A stretch of 64,000 nt of DNA. It comes from an uncultured Gemmatimonadales bacterium (GTDB taxonomy: Bacteria > Gemmatimonadota > Gemmatimonadetes > Longimicrobiales > RSA9). The position numbers and the translations under genes were made by a program. Below, piece after piece: positions 22,309 to 34,127 of the stretch (positions within the stretch are counted from its first letter, which is position 1; the number at the start of each line of letters is the position of its first letter). The notes below the pieces were generated by a model that saw only the letters and a program-made list of their open reading frames with translations, ran no database searches and was not told where the DNA came from. The DNA is taken from the NCBI GenBank assembly GCA_963816355.1, contig CAWFKH010000003.1, positions 672,001 to 736,000 of the forward strand, in the 5' to 3' direction.

Positions 22309-25300
22309 ATGCCGAAAGCCGAAGCGGCGAACGCACGTCGTACGTCCGGTAGCGAATGTCGTACTTCCTCTCGCGAAGCGAAGGCGCTCCGCCTCGCTCG
22401 CAGGCCTGCCGGCGTCGAGCGCGGCAGGCGGGGATGGCGGCGCCGCGCGGGGGCGGGCGTTCTGGCGCTCGCGTGGGCGGCGGCGCTGGCGTCGTGCAAG
22501 CCGGACGCGGGCACGTCGGGTCCGACGGCGGAGGCGGTGGCGGTGCGGGTGGTGTCGGGGTCGGATCAGAGCGGGGTGGTGGGCGCGGCGCTCGGCTCGC
22601 CGCTGGTGGTGGAGGCGGAGGACGCGGCGGGCGCGGCGGTGGCGGACGCGGCGGTGAGCTGGACGGTGGTGTCCGGCGGCGGCACGCTGCAGGCGGCGTC
22701 GCGGACGGACGCTCAGGGGCGCGCGAGCGCGACGTGGACGCTGGGCGGCGCGCTGGGCGTGCAGGCGGTCGAGGCGTCGGTGGGCGACGGCGTGGGCGCC
22801 GCTCGCGCGCGCTTCGAGGCGACGGCGACGGCGGACGGCGCGGCGCGCGTGACGGTGAGCCCGGACTCGGTGGAGCTGGCGGCGATCGGCGCGACGGCGG
22901 CGCTGAGCGCGGCGGTCGCGGACCGCTTCGGCAACCCGCTGGGCACGGCGGTGAGCTGGTCCGTGGCGGACGCGGCGGTGGCGAGCGTGGACGCGGCGAC
23001 CGGCGTCGTGACGGCGGTGGGCGCGGGCACGACGGTGGTGACGGCGGCGGCGGACACGGCGCACGGCACGGCGGTCGTGGTGGTGCGGCCGGCGGTGGCG
23101 CGGCTGCAGGTGGTGCCCGCGACGGCGACGCTGACGTCGGCGGGGGACACCGTGCGGCTGGCGGCGCTCGCGTTCGACGCGGCGGGCAATCCCGTGCTGG
23201 AGCCGGTGGTGACGTGGACGACGTCGGACGCCGGCGTGGCCAGCGTGGACGCGGCGAGCGGCCGCGTGAGCGCGGTCGCCGACGGCACGGCGACGATCAC
23301 GGCGAGCAGCGGCGGCGTGAGCGCGAGCGCGACGGTGACGGTGGCGCGGACGGCGGCGAGCGTGGAGGTGAGCCCCGCGACGGTGACGCTGGGCGCGATC
23401 GGCGCGACGCAGGCGCTCACCGCGACCGTGCGCGACGCGGGCGGGACGGCGATCGCGGCTGCGGCCGTGACGTGGACCACGTCGGACGCGGCGGTGGTGG
23501 CGGTGGACGCGGCGACGGGCGTGGTGCGCGCGGTGGCGAACGGGAGCGCGACGATCACCGCGAAGAGCGGCGCCGCGAGCGGCAGCGCGAGCGTGACGGT
23601 GGCGCAGGCGGCGGCGAGCGTGGCCGTCAGCCCGGCGAGCTTCACCTTCACGACGCTGGGCCAGACGCAGCAGTTCACGGCGGTGGTGAAGGACGCGCAG
23701 GGAACGGTGATCCCCGGCGTGGGCGTGTCGTGGAGCAGCTCGAACACGGCCGTGGTCGGCATCGACGCCGCGGGGCTCGCGACGTCGGTCGCGACGGGCG
23801 GTCCGGTGACGCTGACGGCGAGCCGCGACGGCGTGAGCGGGAGCGCGAGCGTGACCGTGACCCAGACGGCCTCGCCCGCGAACACGACGATCGCGGCGGG
23901 CGCGGCGAGCCTGCCCGCGGACGGCACGAGCACGACCACGATCACCGTGACGGCGCGCGACGCGGCGGGCAACGCGCTCACCGCCAGCGGCGGCGTGGTG
24001 ACGCTGGCGACGACGCTGGGCACGCTGTCGGCGGTGAGCGACCACGGCGACGGCACCTACACGGCGACCCTCACGGCCGCGACGACCACGGGGACGGCGA
24101 CGGTGAGCGGCACGATCGCCGGCAACGCGATCACGTCCGGCGACGCCGCGGTGGCGTTCACGGCGGGCGCGCTGGACCACTTCCTGGTCGAGGCGGCGGG
24201 CGGCGGCGCGATCGGGACGCAGACGGCGGGGACGCCGTTCTCGATCCGCATCACGGCGCAGGACGCGAACGGCAACACGGTGACGAGCTTCGACGGCGCC
24301 GGCGCGACCGTCGACGTGACGTCGAACCGGGCGGGGTCCGCCGGGCTCGCGACGACCGGCACCTTCACGGCGGGCGTGCTGGCGAGCTGGAGCGTGACGC
24401 TGACGCAGGCGGGTGCGGGCGCGACCCTGACCGCCACGCGCACGGGCGGCGCCGAGAACGGCACGAGCGCGGCGTTCTCCGTGAGCGCGGGCGCTTTCAC
24501 GAAGCTGCAGGTGCTGGTGCCGGGTGAGACCGCGGCGCCGGGCACGGCGAGCGGCAAGACCGGCACGCCTTCGTCGCAGACGGCGGGCGCCGCCTTCGAC
24601 GTGCAGGTGCACGCGGTCGACGCCTTCTTCAACGTGGCCGGCGCGGTGAGCGACGTCGTCCACCTCAGCTCGAGCGACGGCGCGGCGGTGCTGCCGGCCG
24701 ACGCCGCGCTGTCGGCGGGCAGCGGCACGTTCTCCGTCGAGCTGCGCACGGCCGGCACGCAGACGCTCACGGCGAGCGACGTCACCGACGGCACGAAGAC
24801 GGCCGGCACGAGCGCGGGCATCACCGTCGCGGCGGCGGCACCTTCCACGTTCGCCGTGAGCGCCTCGACGCTCACGCCGGCCCACGGCGCCACGATCTCG
24901 CTCACCGCCGCGCTGCAGGACGCCTTCGGCAACGCGATCCCGACCGCGGGCGTGAGCGTGGCGTGGACGAGCACGAACGGCGGCAGCTTCGCCGCCACTC
25001 CCACGCTCACCGACGCGACCGGCACCGCGAGCGCGAGCTTCACCGTGGCGACCACCGCCAACACGACCCACGTGATCACCGCCACGTCGACCACGCCGGC
25101 GGCGAACGGCTCCGTCACGGTCGTGACCCAGAACACGGCCCCCACGGGCGTCGCCGACGCCTACGCGACCGTCGGCAACGTCGGCTTCTCCGTGGCGGCG
25201 CCGGGCGTGCTCGGCAACGACTCCGACGCCGACGGCGACGCGATCTCGATCGCCGCGCCCGGCACCCTCGCCACCACCGGCGGCGCCAGCGTGGACCTGG

Positions 25301-27904
25301 CCGCGGACGGCGGCTTCACGTACCACGCCAACGCCGGCTTCTCCGGCAGCGACACCTTCACCTACCAGGCGAGCGACGGCGCCGACAACTCCGCCGCTAC
25401 CACCGTCACGGTGACGGTCAGCGGCATGAACTGGTTCGTCGACGCCACCGCCGCCGCCGGCGGCGACGGGACGCAGGTCGCGCCCTTCCAGACCGCGACG
25501 GCGGCCGCCGCCGCGGCCGGCACCGGCGACCGCATCCTCGTCTTCCGCGGCAGCGGCGCCGCCTACGACGGCGGCCTCACGCTGCAACAGGACCAGCAGC
25601 TCATCGGACAGGGGACCGCGACCGCCGTCACCGCGACGGTGAACGGCAGCCGCCGTCACGCTGCTGCCCGCGCTCGGCACCGGCAGCCCGACCAGCCTCA
25701 CGCGCAGCGGCGCGGGCGCGACCCTCACGCTGCCGGCCACGGGCGCGGGCACCGTCTCGATCCGCGGCTTCACCATCGCCAGCGGCGCCGGGGCGGCGCT
25801 CAGCGGCAGCGGCTTCGGCACGCTCGACCTCACCGAGTCCTCGATCGCCGCGACCGGCGGGGCCGCGCTGGACCTGACGAACGGGACGCTGTCGGGCGGC
25901 GTGTCGGCGACGAGCGCGTCGGGCGGGGCGCACAGCGTGAACCTCGTCAACGTCGCGACGAGCGGCACGTTCGCGCTGGGCAGCGGCGCGCTCTCCGGCA
26001 GCACGGGGGACGCGGTGGTGCTCTCCGGCGGCGCGGGCACGTTCACCTACGGCGGCAGCGTGACGAACGCGGCGGGCCACATCGTCGCGATCAGCGGCCG
26101 CAGCGGCGGCGGGCTCACGCTCTCGGGCAACCTGAGCGAGAGCGGGACGGGGATCCTGGCGCAGAACAACACGGGCGGCGCCTACACCTTCAGCGGCGCG
26201 ACGAAGACGCTCTCGACGGGCGCGAGCGCGGCCGTCTCGCTCTCCACGAACGCGGGCGCGAGCTTCGCCTTCACGGGCGGCGGCCTCGCGATCACGACGT
26301 CGAGCGGCGCCGGCTTCAGCGCGACGGGCGGCGGCACGGTGACGGTGAGCGGCGCGCTCAACACGATCGGCTCCGCGGGCGGGACGCCGCTGACGGTGAC
26401 GAGCACGACGATCGGCGCCGGGGGGCTCGCCTTCCGGAGCGTCGCCGCGACGGGCGGCACGAACGGGATCGTGCTGAGCAACACCGGCGCGGGCGGCCTC
26501 ACGGTGAGCGGCGACGGGGCGTCCGACGCGGCGAACACGACGCGCGGCCGCACGACGGCGAAGAGCGGAGGCGGCACGCTGGCGCTCGGCTCGGGCGGCA
26601 CGATCAGCGGCGTGACGGGGGCGGCCATCAGCCTGAGCTCGGTGAGCGGCGTGGTGCTGCGCAACATGACGATCTCGAACAGCGGCGGGGCGGTGGTCAA
26701 CAGCGGCGGGCACGGCATCGCGGCGAGCGGCGTCGCCGGGCTCACGCTCGACAACGTCCTGATCTCGGGCGTCGGCGCGAACATGGGGATCTTCGGCACG
26801 AACGTCTCCGACCTCTCGATCCTGCACAGCGAGCTGGCCAACAACGCGACGGCGGCGGGCGTGGAGGCGTCCGACGTGTGGGGAGCGCGCTTCAGCGAAC
26901 TGACGGGAACGGGCCTGATCCAGAACTCGCTCCTGCACCACTCGGCCGCGAACATCTTCGGCATTCAGCAGACGACTGCGACGCCGCTCTCGCTGACGGT
27001 CGACAACAGCGAGTTCCGCGACACGAACGCCGCGAGCCCCGGCAACGACGGACTGCTGGTGAGCGGCACCGGCTCGGCCAACGTGACGCTGTCGGTCTCG
27101 AACAGCTCGTTCCTGCGCGACCGCGCCAACGGCGTGCAGTACAACATGAACAACAACGCGGGCGGCGGCTCGCTCACCGTCCACTCGAGCGTCTTCGAGG
27201 CGAACGCGATCGACCTCAACGTCGCGCACCAGGGCACGGGCAAGACGGTGAGCTTCGACTTCACCGGCAACACGATGCGCCAGAGCGCGAGCGCGGCGGC
27301 CTCGAGCAACTCGATCAACGTCTTCCTGGCCGGCCTCTCGAGCGCCACCACGGTGCTCAAGGGGACCATCGCCAACAACGTGATCGGCAACGCGGGCGCG
27401 ACCGACTCCGGCTCGACCGGCGGCGACGGCATCAACCTCTTCGCCAGCGGCGCGGGCACGCTGACCGCCAACGTGACCGGCAACACGGTGCGCGGCATCA
27501 AGGTCGGCAACGCCTTCTCGGCGACCTCCTCCTCGCACACCGGCCAGATCAACATCACGCTGCGCACGAACGACTTCCGCATCACGCCCTCGAGCAGCGG
27601 CTTCGCCCTCGCCGGCGTGCTCCTCGGCTTCGCCGGCCTCGCCGGCGACACGAGCACGATGTGCGCCGACCTCGCCGGCAACACCGCCTTCGTCGGCGAC
27701 CCCACCTTCTTCGGCGCCTTCGTCAACGCCGGCGCCGGCGGATCCCAGACGCTCCAGCTCGTGGGCTACGCCGGAGCGGCCAACGACCACGCGGCGATCG
27801 CCGCCTTCCTGAACACGACGGCCACGACCGTATCGCCGGCCGCCGACGCCTCCACGCTCCCCTCCAGCGCCGTCGGCCGCGCCACCCCCTGCCCGCTCCC
27901 CTGA
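22309..27904 (+). CDS. Giant Ig-like surface lipoprotein (Big/invasin-like and cadherin-like domains plus C-terminal beta-rich module); one frameshift near 25650; start uncertain
   Basis: Lipobox LASC; repeated V.V.P...W.TSD..VA.VD Ig units; ADGTSTTTITV; VLGNDSDADGD. The reading frame continues into ORF 25901-27904. Confidence 0.8.
25864..27904 (+). repeat. 2041-bp direct repeat, copy 1
   Basis: Near-identical to 31678-33718 at a constant offset of 5814. Confidence 0.95.
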
Positions 27905-27955
27905 CGCGCGGCGGCCCCCCCTGACGCGCGGCGGCCTCTCCTGACGCGCGCGGCG
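27901..27955 (+). repeat. About 20-bp tandem repeat x3 starting at the stop codon
   Basis: CTGACGCGCGGCGGCC unit at 27901, 27921 and 27941. Confidence 0.75.
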
Positions 27956-28459
27956 TCCCGATCGGGGCGCCGCCGCGCCCTCCTCCTCCCGCAGGCCCTC
28001 CGTTTCTCGCGGAGGCCGCGGGGGACGCGGAGGGTCGCCCGCGCGGCACGCCGTCGACGCTCGAACCACGCCTCGCCGCGCACGGTCGGAACGGCCGCTC
28101 CGGCCACTTTGCGGCGCGCCCTCACGTCTTCGCGGAAGGCCGCTGTCGCTTCGCCGCACCAGCGCTGTGGCGGCGACGCACACGCGCGGGCCGCGCGCGC
28201 TCTGGCGGGCCGCGCGTCGGGTGGGACCGGACGATGGCAAATCGGGATGATATGCGTGGCTCTGTCGTCATGACGTCATTTTCTGCGGAGCGCCCTGTCC
28301 TGAAGCCGAATCGCGGCGCCCCCGGTGTCCATTGACAGAGGACGGCGCCGGGGTGGAACGTAGGCGCGGCTCGGCGTCCGGTGCCCGGCGTGCGAGCACG
28401 GTTGCGCGGCATTACGACGCGTCACTGCCTTTTCCCGGCCCATCTCTCGAGGAAATCCG

Positions 28460-31400
28460 ATGAAGCGAAGCGTGCGGGCGATTGCGCTCGTGCTGCCTGC
28501 GTTGTTGCTGGCGGCCGTGGGGTGCCAGGAGACGAGTGCGCCGACGACGGAAGAGGCGCCGTTCCTGGCGATTTCGGACGGAGCGCAGCCGGCGGGGGTG
28601 GACGGGTTCTATTTCCTGCCGCCGCTGGTGATGGGCAATCCGAGCTTCTCGGGGACGTTCGACGCGGGCCTGCTGGATCGGCTGAAGGTGCGCGTGTGCG
28701 AGATGAACGCCTCGCACAACGCGTGCGGAGCGGGATCGGACGTGGCGGTGCTGGACGCGACGACGGACCCGGCGCTGACGGTGGACGCGAAGAAGGAGAA
28801 CTACAGCGTCAACTGGACGCCGGGGGTGGTGGGCTTCTTCCGCGTGCGGGTGCTGGCGGACGACGGCGCGGGCGAGGTGCTGCTCGGGTACTTCGACGTG
28901 CAGTCGGCGAACCGGGGGAAGGACCTGAAGCATATCCCGCCCGGCTTCTACGGGACGGTGAACACGTCTCCGGTGCCGGTGAAGTTCCGCGTGGAGACGG
29001 GGGTGAGGGGCCGGGTGAGCGTGACGCCGGCGACGCACACGATGCTGGTGGGGGAGAGCCAGACGTACACGGCGACGGTGACCGATCTGCGCGGCGCGGC
29101 GATCTCCGGCGCGGCGGTGGCGTGGACGACGGATCCGGCGGGCGTGGCGACGCTGTCGCCGACGAGCGGGACGACGGACGGGTCCGGTCAGACGACGACG
29201 TCGGCGACGGGCGTCTCCGGCGCGACGACGTCGGTGATCGCGTCGAGCGGCGGCGTGAGCGGGTCGGCGTCGCTGACGGTGGTGGCGCAGTCGCCGCCGA
29301 GCGCGGAGGACGACGCCTACACCGTGCAGGCGGGCGGCGCGCTGACGGTTCCGAGTGCGGGCCCGCCGGCGCTGGTGGGTCTGCTGGCGAACGACGACCT
29401 CGGCATCCCGACGGCGACGCTGGTCGCGTTCACGATCGGCCTCGCGGAGTTCGTCCCGGGCGCGACCGACCAGACGTTCGACGAGGGCACGCTGCACGTG
29501 GGCGCGGACGGCAGCTTCGTGGCGAGCGGCCTGACGGTGGCGGGTGACCACACCTTCACCTACCGCATCGACAACGCAGTGCCGCCGGCGAGCACGGCGA
29601 CGGTGAAGATCACGGTGACGCCGGCCGCCGCGGCGCAGCTGGCCATCGCGACGCAGCCGTCCTCGACCGCGCAGAGCGGGGCGGCGTTCGCGCAGCAGCC
29701 GGTCGTGCAGCTCCAGGACGCGTTCGGCAACGCGGTCTCGCAGGCGGGCGTCGCGGTGACGGCGGCGATCGCGAGCGGCGGCGGCACGCTGGGCGGCACG
29801 CTGACGGCGAACACGGACGCGAGCGGGCAGGCCGCCTTCACCAACCTCTCGATCACCGGCACCGCCGGCCCGCGCACGCTGAGCTTCAGCGCGAGCGGCC
29901 TGACGGGGGCGACGTCGGATGCGATCGAGGTGGGAGCGGGCGCGGCGGCGAAGCTGGCGTTCACGCAGCAGCCGACCAACGCGACGGCGGGCGTGGCGAT
30001 CTCGCCGGCCGTGACGGTCACGATCCAGGACGGCGCCGGCAACACGGTCGCGAGCACCGCGAGCGTGACGGTGGCGATCGGCACGAACCCGGCGAGCGGC
30101 ACGCTCTCGGGGACGAAGACGGTGGCGGCGGTGGGCGGCGTGGCGACGTTCTCGGACCTCAGCATCGACAAGGCAGGCACCGGCTACACGCTGGGCGCGA
30201 CCTCGAGCGGCCTGACGGGCGCCACGAGCTCGGCCTTCGACATCGCGGCGGCGGGCGTCGCGAGCTTCCGCGTGGAGGCGGCGGGCGGCGGCGACATCGG
30301 CACGCAGAGCGCCGGCACGCCCTTCAACATCCGCGTCACGGCGCTGGACGCCTTCGGCAACGTGGCGGCCGGCTTCACCGGCACGGTGGACGTCAGCGCT
30401 GCGGGCGCGACGCTCGGCTCGGGCGGCGCCACGACGGCGTCGTTCACGGCCGGCGTGCTTGCCTCGCACGCGGTGAACTTCTCGAGCGCCGGGGATCCGG
30501 TGACACTGACGGCGACGCGCACGGGCGGCGCCGAGACCGGCACGAGCAACACGTTCACGGTGCAGGGCCCGCCGAACGCGGTCGACGACACGGACCCGAC
30601 GGTCACGGCCGGCACGAGCACGCCGGGCAGCACGATCTACCACATCGCCCTCGACGCGACGAGCACGGACGTGATCGACGTGCTGGCGAACGACGACCTG
30701 GGCGCGCCGGCCGCGACGACGCGCACCTTCGGCAACGTCCAGTTGAACGCCGGCACGGCGATCGGCGGCGCGGTCACCGCGACCGCGTTCGGCGGCGCGG
30801 CGGTCGATCTCGGCTCGGGCGGCTCGCTCGCGGTCGCGAGCGATGGCAAGGTCACGCTCACCGCGCCCACCGGCTTCACCGGCCTCATCACCTTCGACTA
30901 CCGGCTGCAGAACACCGCCGGCGCCTCGGACGCGACGGTTACGGTCGCGGTGGGCGCGCGCCCGGACGCCGTCGACGACACCTACCCGACGACGCTCATC
31001 GGCAACGTGCCGGTCAACACCTCGACGTCGAGCCACTTCAGCGTCTCCGGCAACGACACGGGCGACGGCCTGACCTTCAACACGACGCCGGTCAGCACCT
31101 CGCACGGCAGCGTCACGCTGCACGCGGACGGCACCTTCGAGTTCGCGCCCGAGGCGGGCTACAGCGGCGCCGCCGGCTTCACCTACGAGGTCTCCAACGG
31201 CTTCGGCGCCGACCAGGGCGCGGTCTCGCTCACGGTGGGCCGCGTGATCTGGTTCGTCGACGCCGCGGCCGCGGCGGGCGGCGACGGGCGGCTGGGCTCC
31301 GCGCTCAACAGCCTGAGCCCGCTCGACGGCGCGGGCGGCGCGGGTGACGTGGACGGCGCCGGCGACGCCATCTTCCTGGCGAGCGGCAGCTACGGCGCGC

Positions 31401-33718
31401 TCGAGCTCGAGGCGACGCAGGCGCTGATCGGACAGGGCGCGGGCGCTTCGATCGCGACGATCGCGGGCGTGACGAAGCCGGCCGACAGCCCCGCGCTGCC
31501 GACCACCGGCGGCACGGCCCCGACGCTCGCCAACGCGAGCGGCGCGGCCGTGACGCTCGGCAGCGGCAACACGATCCGCGGGGTGGCGCTCGGCGACGCG
31601 TCGACCGCCTCGCTCGCCGGCAGCGGCTTCGGCACGGCGACGCTGGGCGAGGTCTCGATCGCGAACACGACCGGCGGCGCGCTGGACCTGACGAACGGGA
31701 CGCTGTCGGGCGGCGTGTCGGCGACGAGCGCGTCGGGCGGGGCGCACAGCGTGAACCTCGTCAACGTCGCGACGAGCGGCACGTTCGCGCTGGGCAGCGG
31801 CGCGCTCTCCGGCAGCACGGGGGACGCGGTGGTGCTCTCCGGCGGCGCGGGCACGTTAACCTACGGCGGCAGCGTGACGAACGCGGCGGGCCACATCGTC
31901 GCGATCAGCGGCCGCAGCGGCGGCGGGCTCACGCTCTCGGGCAACCTGAGCGAGAGCGGGACGGGGATCCTGGCGCAGAACAACACGGGCGGCGCCTACA
32001 CCTTCAGCGGCGCGACGAAGACGCTCTCGACGGGCGCGAGCGCGGCCGTCTCGCTCTCCACGAACGCGGGCGCGAGCTTCGCCTTCACGGGCGGCGGCCT
32101 CGCGATCACGACGTCGAGCGGCGCCGGCTTCAGCGCGACGGGCGGCGGCACGGTGACGGTGAGCGGCGCGCTCAACACGATCGGCTCCGCGGGCGGGACG
32201 CCGCTGACGGTGACGAGCACGACGATCGGCGCCGGGGGGCTCGCCTTCCGGAGCGTCGCCGCGACGGGCGGCACGAACGGGATCGTGCTGAGCAACACGG
32301 GCGCGGGCGGCCTCACGGTGAGCGGCGACGGGGCGTCCGACGCGGCGAACACGACGCGCGGCCGCACGACGGCGAAGAGCGGAGGCGGCACGCTGGCGCT
32401 CGGCTCGGGCGGCACGATCAGCGGCGTGACGGGGGCGGCCATCAGCCTGAGCTCGGTGAGCGGCGTGGTGCTGCGCAACATGACGATCTCGAACAGCGGC
32501 GGGGCGGTGGTCAACAGCGGCGGGCACGGCATCGCGGCGAGCGGCGTCGCCGGGCTCACGCTCGACAACGTCCTGATCTCGGGCGTCGGCGCGAACATGG
32601 GGATCTTCGGCACGAACGTCTCCGACCTCTCGATCCTGCACAGCGAGCTGGCCAACAACGCGACGGCGGCGGGCGTGGAGGCGTCCGACGTGTGGGGAGC
32701 GCGCTTCAGCGAACTGACGGGAACGGGCCTGATCCAGAACTCGCTCCTGCACCACTCGGCCGCGAACATCTTCGGCATTCAGCAGACGACTGCGACGCCG
32801 CTCTCGCTGACGGTCGACAACAGCGAGTTCCGCGACACGAACGCCGCGAGCCCCGGCAACGACGGACTGCTGGTGAGCGGCAACGGCTCGGCCAACGTGA
32901 CGCTGTCGGTCTCGAACAGCTCGTTCCTGCGCGACCGCGCCAACGGCGTGCAGTACAACATGAACAACAACGCGGGCGGCGGCTCGCTCACCGTCCACTC
33001 GAGCGTCTTCGAGGCGAACGCGATCGACCTCAACGTCGCGCACCAGGGCACGGGCAAGACGGTGAGCTTCGACTTCACCGGCAACACGATGCGCCAGAGC
33101 GCGAGCGCGGCGGCCTCGAGCAACTCGATCAACGTCTTCCTGGCCGGCCTCTCGAGCGCCACCACGGTGCTCAAGGGGACCATCGCCAACAACGTGATCG
33201 GCAACGCGGGCGCGACCGACTCCGGCTCGACCGGCGGCGACGGCATCAACCTCTTCGCCAGCGGCGCGGGCACGCTGACCGCCAACGTGACCGGCAACAC
33301 GGTGCGCGGCATCAAGGTCGGCAGCGCCTTCTCGGCGACCTCCTCCTCGCACACCGGCCAGATCAACATCACGCTGCGCACGAACGACTTCCGCATCACG
33401 CCCTCGAGCAGCGGCTTCGCCCTCGCCGGCGTGCTCCTCGGCTTCGCCGGCCTCGCCGGCGACACGAGCACGATGTGCGCCGACCTCGTCGGCAACACCG
33501 CCTTCGTCGGCGACGCCACCTTCTTCGGCGCCTTCGTCAACGCCGGCGCCGGCGGATCCCAGACGCTCCAGCTCGTGGGCTACGCCGGAGCGGCCAACGA
33601 CCACGCGGCGATCGCCGCCTTCCTGAACACGACGGCCACCACGGTCTCGCCGGCCGCCGACGCCTCCACGCTCCCCTCCAGCGCCGTCGGCCGCGCCACC
33701 CCCTGCCCCCTGCCGTAG
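28460..33718 (+). CDS. Giant Ig-like surface lipoprotein, 1752 aa
   Basis: Signal peptide with lipobox AVGC; Ig and cadherin-like units (LANDDLG, AVDDTY); same C-terminal module, ending ATPCPLP. Confidence 0.85.
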   Translation: MKRSVRAIALVLPALLLAAVGCQETSAPTTEEAPFLAISDGAQPAGVDGFYFLPPLVMGNPSFSGTFDAGLLDRLKVRVCEMNASHNACGAGSDVAVLDATTDPALTVDAKKENYSVNWTPGVVGFFRVRVLADDGAGEVLLGYFDVQSANRGKDLKHIPPGFYGTVNTSPVPVKFRVETGVRGRVSVTPATHTMLVGESQTYTATVTDLRGAAISGAAVAWTTDPAGVATLSPTSGTTDGSGQTTTSATGVSGATTSVIASSGGVSGSASLTVVAQSPPSAEDDAYTVQAGGALTVPSAGPPALVGLLANDDLGIPTATLVAFTIGLAEFVPGATDQTFDEGTLHVGADGSFVASGLTVAGDHTFTYRIDNAVPPASTATVKITVTPAAAAQLAIATQPSSTAQSGAAFAQQPVVQLQDAFGNAVSQAGVAVTAAIASGGGTLGGTLTANTDASGQAAFTNLSITGTAGPRTLSFSASGLTGATSDAIEVGAGAAAKLAFTQQPTNATAGVAISPAVTVTIQDGAGNTVASTASVTVAIGTNPASGTLSGTKTVAAVGGVATFSDLSIDKAGTGYTLGATSSGLTGATSSAFDIAAAGVASFRVEAAGGGDIGTQSAGTPFNIRVTALDAFGNVAAGFTGTVDVSAAGATLGSGGATTASFTAGVLASHAVNFSSAGDPVTLTATRTGGAETGTSNTFTVQGPPNAVDDTDPTVTAGTSTPGSTIYHIALDATSTDVIDVLANDDLGAPAATTRTFGNVQLNAGTAIGGAVTATAFGGAAVDLGSGGSLAVASDGKVTLTAPTGFTGLITFDYRLQNTAGASDATVTVAVGARPDAVDDTYPTTLIGNVPVNTSTSSHFSVSGNDTGDGLTFNTTPVSTSHGSVTLHADGTFEFAPEAGYSGAAGFTYEVSNGFGADQGAVSLTVGRVIWFVDAAAAAGGDGRLGSALNSLSPLDGAGGAGDVDGAGDAIFLASGSYGALELEATQALIGQGAGASIATIAGVTKPADSPALPTTGGTAPTLANASGAAVTLGSGNTIRGVALGDASTASLAGSGFGTATLGEVSIANTTGGALDLTNGTLSGGVSATSASGGAHSVNLVNVATSGTFALGSGALSGSTGDAVVLSGGAGTLTYGGSVTNAAGHIVAISGRSGGGLTLSGNLSESGTGILAQNNTGGAYTFSGATKTLSTGASAAVSLSTNAGASFAFTGGGLAITTSSGAGFSATGGGTVTVSGALNTIGSAGGTPLTVTSTTIGAGGLAFRSVAATGGTNGIVLSNTGAGGLTVSGDGASDAANTTRGRTTAKSGGGTLALGSGGTISGVTGAAISLSSVSGVVLRNMTISNSGGAVVNSGGHGIAASGVAGLTLDNVLISGVGANMGIFGTNVSDLSILHSELANNATAAGVEASDVWGARFSELTGTGLIQNSLLHHSAANIFGIQQTTATPLSLTVDNSEFRDTNAASPGNDGLLVSGNGSANVTLSVSNSSFLRDRANGVQYNMNNNAGGGSLTVHSSVFEANAIDLNVAHQGTGKTVSFDFTGNTMRQSASAAASSNSINVFLAGLSSATTVLKGTIANNVIGNAGATDSGSTGGDGINLFASGAGTLTANVTGNTVRGIKVGSAFSATSSSHTGQINITLRTNDFRITPSSSGFALAGVLLGFAGLAGDTSTMCADLVGNTAFVGDATFFGAFVNAGAGGSQTLQLVGYAGAANDHAAIAAFLNTTATTVSPAADASTLPSSAVGRATPCPLP
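31678..33718 (+). repeat. 2041-bp direct repeat, copy 2
   Basis: Near-identical to 25864-27904. Confidence 0.95.
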
Positions 33719-33786
33719 AAGCCCGCCCCCGCGCTCCCTGAGCGCAGCGAAAGGGGGAGGAGCGGCCGACGCCGCTCCTCCCCCGC

Positions 33787-33955
33787 ACCGCCCGCAGACC
33801 CCCGACCGCCCGCAGACCCCCGACCGCCCGCAGACCCCCGACCGCCCGCAGACCCCCGACCCCCCGCAGACCCCCGACCCCCCGCAGACCCCCGTACCCC
33901 CCGCAGACCCGCGTACCCCCAACCCCCCCCAGACCCCCTCCGCAGACCCCAGACC
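33787..33955 (+). repeat. 18-bp C-rich tandem repeat (VNTR): 4 exact copies then degenerate copies
   Basis: ACCGCCCGCAGACCCCCG at 33787, 33805, 33823 and 33841. Confidence 0.9.
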
Positions 33956-33988
33956 GGTCCGGGGTACCTACCCCCCAGCCTTACCCAA

Positions 33989-34017
33989 TTGACACAACCA
34001 CACCCACGCCTTACCGT
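33989..34017 (+). promoter_or_regulatory. Putative sigma70 promoter of the two-component operon
   Basis: TTGACA-N17-TACCGT about 110 bp upstream of the kinase start. Confidence 0.55.
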
Positions 34018-34127
34018 ACCCCCTCCCGATCGCTCTCCCCCGAAACGCGTGATGCGTAGACCCGGCCGAAGGGCCTTCCCGACGGGAGCCGGGGCGCCCC
34101 GGCCGTCGCGCACGGCCGCGAGTGATC

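Noticed and set aside
25640..25660. Programmed frameshift in the first giant lipoprotein
   Set aside because: There is no slippery heptamer or homopolymer; a single-base sequencing insertion is the simpler explanation.
28332..28361. Sigma70 promoter for the second giant lipoprotein
   Set aside because: TTGACA is perfect but the -10 (GAACGT, 18-bp spacer) is too weak to call.
22297..33922. Long minus-strand and alternative-frame ORFs (e.g. 1249 aa, 1111 aa, 870 aa)
   Set aside because: These are Arg/Ala-rich shadow frames of real genes, as expected in very high-GC DNA.
33787..33955. CRISPR array or coding repeat (GGRGSA ORFs on the minus strand)
   Set aside because: The 18-mers are directly adjacent with no spacers, and the ORFs are antisense shadows.
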